In this document: positions 30,302-32,000 of the stretch, in pieces | Numbering within the stretch: position 1 is the first letter of the stretch | Layout: each line of letters begins with the position of its first letter | Assembly: GCF_014280175.1 (NCBI RefSeq) | Contig: NZ_CP047931.1 | Span: 1-32,000, forward strand | DNA length: 32,000 nucleotides | Direction of reading: 5' to 3' | Source of the DNA: Synechococcus sp. A15-28 | Lineage (GTDB): Bacteria > Cyanobacteriota > Cyanobacteriia > PCC-6307 > Cyanobiaceae | The notes under the pieces: model-generated | What the model was told of the DNA's origin: nothing | The model's database searches: none | The model's input: the letters and a program-made list of their open reading frames with translations, nothing else | Position numbers and translations under genes: made by a program

Positions 30302-30335
30302 TTTTGGCCAATTTCTGTATGATCGGCGGCCAAAA
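30302..30335 (+). repeat. Inverted repeat TTTTGGCC-N18-GGCCAAAA spanning the candidate gap2 -10
   Basis: Perfect 8-nt arms at 30302-30309 and 30328-30335, read directly from sequence. Confidence 0.75.
30318..30323 (+). promoter_or_regulatory. Candidate -10 element (TATGAT) for gap2
   Basis: TATGAT about 40 nt upstream of the gap2 ATG; no convincing -35; promoter call is inferential. Confidence 0.35.
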
Positions 30336-30362
30336 CCCTTATGCGGCAACCCCGCTTCAGCT

Positions 30363-31388
30363 ATGACCCTGCGCGTTGCGATCAATGGATTCGGCCGAAT
30401 TGGTCGCAATGTGATGCGGGGTTGGATCAGCCGTGGTGCTGACACAGGCCTGGAGATTGTGGGGATGAACTCCACCTCCGACCCCAAGACCAGCGCTCAC
30501 CTGCTGACCTACGACTCGATTCTGGGCAAGCTCGATCCCAGTGTAAAGATCGAAACCACTGACGACACGATGATCGTCAATGGCAAGGAGATCAAGTTCT
30601 TCGCCGACCGCAACCCTCTGAACTGCCCCTGGAAAGACTGGGGTGTGGATCTGGTGATCGAGTCCACCGGTGTGTTCAACACCGATGAGAAAGCCAGCAT
30701 GCACATTGAAGCTGGTGCCAGCAAGGTGATCCTCACCGCACCGGGTAAAGGTGATGGCGTGGGGACCTTCGTGGTCGGCGTCAACGACGACCAGTACCGC
30801 CACGAGGACTGGAACATCCTTTCCAACGCCAGCTGCACCACCAACTGCCTGGCCCCCATCGTCAAGGTTCTGGACCAGAACTTCGGCCTCGACTGGGGTC
30901 TGATGACCACCATTCACAGCTACACCGGCGACCAGCGGATCCTGGACAACAGCCACCGCGATCTGCGCCGTGCCCGTGCAGCAGCCCTCAACATGGTCCC
31001 CACCACCACCGGTGCGGCCAAGGCCGTTGCTCTCGTTTACCCCGAGGTGAAGGGCAAGCTCACCGGCTTCGCCATGCGCGTTCCCACCCCCAACGTCTCC
31101 GCCGTTGACCTCACCTTCGGACCCTCCCGCGCCACCAGCGTTGACGAGGTGAAGGCTGTGATCAAGGCCGCCTCTGAGAACGGCATGAAGGGCATCATCA
31201 AGTACAGCGATCTGCCCCTGGTCTCCACCGACTACGCCGGCACCAACGAATCCACCATTTTCGATGCCGATCTCACCTATGCGATGGGCGACAAGGCTGT
31301 GAAGATCCTGGCCTGGTACGACAATGAGTGGGGCTACAGCCAGCGCGTCGTTGACCTGGCTGAAGTGGTGGCTCGCAACTGGAAGTGA
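30363..31388 (+). CDS. gap2: Type I glyceraldehyde-3-phosphate dehydrogenase, cyanobacterial Gap2-like
   Basis: [73 protein letters not shown]; ATG at 30363 preferred over ORF opening at 30207. Confidence 0.95.
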   Translation: MTLRVAINGFGRIGRNVMRGWISRGADTGLEIVGMNSTSDPKTSAHLLTYDSILGKLDPSVKIETTDDTMIVNGKEIKFFADRNPLNCPWKDWGVDLVIESTGVFNTDEKASMHIEAGASKVILTAPGKGDGVGTFVVGVNDDQYRHEDWNILSNASCTTNCLAPIVKVLDQNFGLDWGLMTTIHSYTGDQRILDNSHRDLRRARAAALNMVPTTTGAAKAVALVYPEVKGKLTGFAMRVPTPNVSAVDLTFGPSRATSVDEVKAVIKAASENGMKGIIKYSDLPLVSTDYAGTNESTIFDADLTYAMGDKAVKILAWYDNEWGYSQRVVDLAEVVARNWK

Positions 31389-31413
31389 TCCGTTTTCATT
31401 GATCGGTTCGTTC

Positions 31414-31442
31414 ATCCCTTCCTTCGGGGAGGGATTTTTTTT
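31414..31442 (+). terminator. Rho-independent terminator downstream of gap2
   Basis: ATCCCTTCC-TTCG-GGGAGGGAT, a 9-bp stem with one G-T pair and a UUCG tetraloop, followed by eight T (31435-31442). Confidence 0.88.
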
Positions 31443-31462
31443 GGCGTCACCCGGCAGGTTCT

Positions 31463-32000
31463 TCAGCCCGGGGCGAAATGATCAAAGCCGCAGTCTTGAA
31501 CCGGGCCGAGGTCGTCTGTCCAGACGATCGATCCGGTTTGATCGGTGATCTGGCCGAAGCGTCGACAATCGGGCAAGGCCTGTTCCAGGGCGTCCGCCCA
31601 GGCCGGTGGCAGGCTGAGCACCAGCTCGAAATCTTCTCCCCCACCCAGGCACCAGCGGTCCCAGAGGTCTCCTTCTGGCCAGTCCTCGGCCTTTGGTAAC
31701 TGGCTGCGGATGAGTCGGGCGCCAGTACCGCTGCTGTTGCACAGCCCCCGAACAGCTGCCAGAAGCCCATCGCTGCTGTCGGTTCCGCCGGCACGCCAGG
31801 GAAGTTCAGCAGGTTTGCAAACCAGAAGACGGTTCAGAACATCCAGACGGGGCTGAGGACGCTGGTGTTGCCTGATCGCCTTGTCCCGGAGTGCCGCAGC
31901 AAGGCTGGTGGCTTGGAGCTGAGGGTCGTTCTGAAGAAGGGCCAGACCAAGGCGGCTGAGACCGTGGGGTCCGCTGCTGATCAGCACGTCTCCAGGTCGA
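31463..32000 (-). CDS. thiL: Thiamine-phosphate kinase, C-terminal part (5' end beyond window)
   Basis: RPGDVLISSGPHGLSRLGLALL, TDSSDGLLAAV, LGGGEDFELVLSLP; frame is open to the window end. Confidence 0.88.
   Translation of the reverse strand, partial: RPGDVLISSGPHGLSRLGLALLQNDPQLQATSLAAALRDKAIRQHQRPQPRLDVLNRLLVCKPAELPWRAGGTDSSDGLLAAVRGLCNSSGTGARLIRSQLPKAEDWPEGDLWDRWCLGGGEDFELVLSLPPAWADALEQALPDCRRFGQITDQTGSIVWTDDLGPVQDCGFDHFAPG

Noticed and set aside
30357-31415. 352-aa minus-strand ORF opposite gap2
   Set aside because: Spans exactly the highly codon-biased gap2 gene; motif-free antisense artefact.
1-32000. CRISPR arrays, toxin-antitoxin pairs, restriction-modification, retrons, phage or IS elements
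   Set aside because: No direct-repeat/spacer pattern, transposase, integrase, reverse transcriptase, methyltransferase or defence gene signatures seen; nearly all sequence is explained by conserved core genes.

Overview
This 32 kb window looks like a near-contiguous housekeeping region from a high-GC marine picocyanobacterium, most likely marine Synechococcus or a close relative. That assignment comes from gene content and order, not from a database search. Gene order is dnaN - hypothetical - purL - purF - (gyrA/parC-like, -) - (TPR, -) - (queG, -) - HpsJ-like membrane protein - DUF502 protein - nusB - ftsY - PP2C/RsbU phosphatase - argH - Gly-rich RRM protein - (dus, -) - msrB - HI0933-family flavoprotein - (pilC, pilT, pilB, -) - grpE - dnaJ - TusA-like - rsgA - (YbaB/EbfC, murB, murC, -) - gap2 - (thiL, partial, -). 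I see no CRISPR array, phage, transposon, rRNA or tRNA, and no convincing undescribed multi-gene system. The best leads are in the type IV pilus module. The conserved PilC N-terminus is read in frame upstream of the first ATG/GTG/TTG start, so initiation is either at a near-cognate CTG or lost. PilB has only a TTG start and is preceded, in the same frame, by a 51-codon ORF ending in TAG inside the palindrome GCGCTAGCGC, which suggests an interrupted or re-initiated N-terminus. PilB also ends in an extra C-terminal CxxC...CxxC element. Other leads are a 51-nt in-frame minisatellite in the Gly-rich RNA-binding protein, an inverted repeat straddling a gap2 -10-like hexamer, a UUCG-capped terminator after gap2, and several overlapping or abutting gene boundaries.
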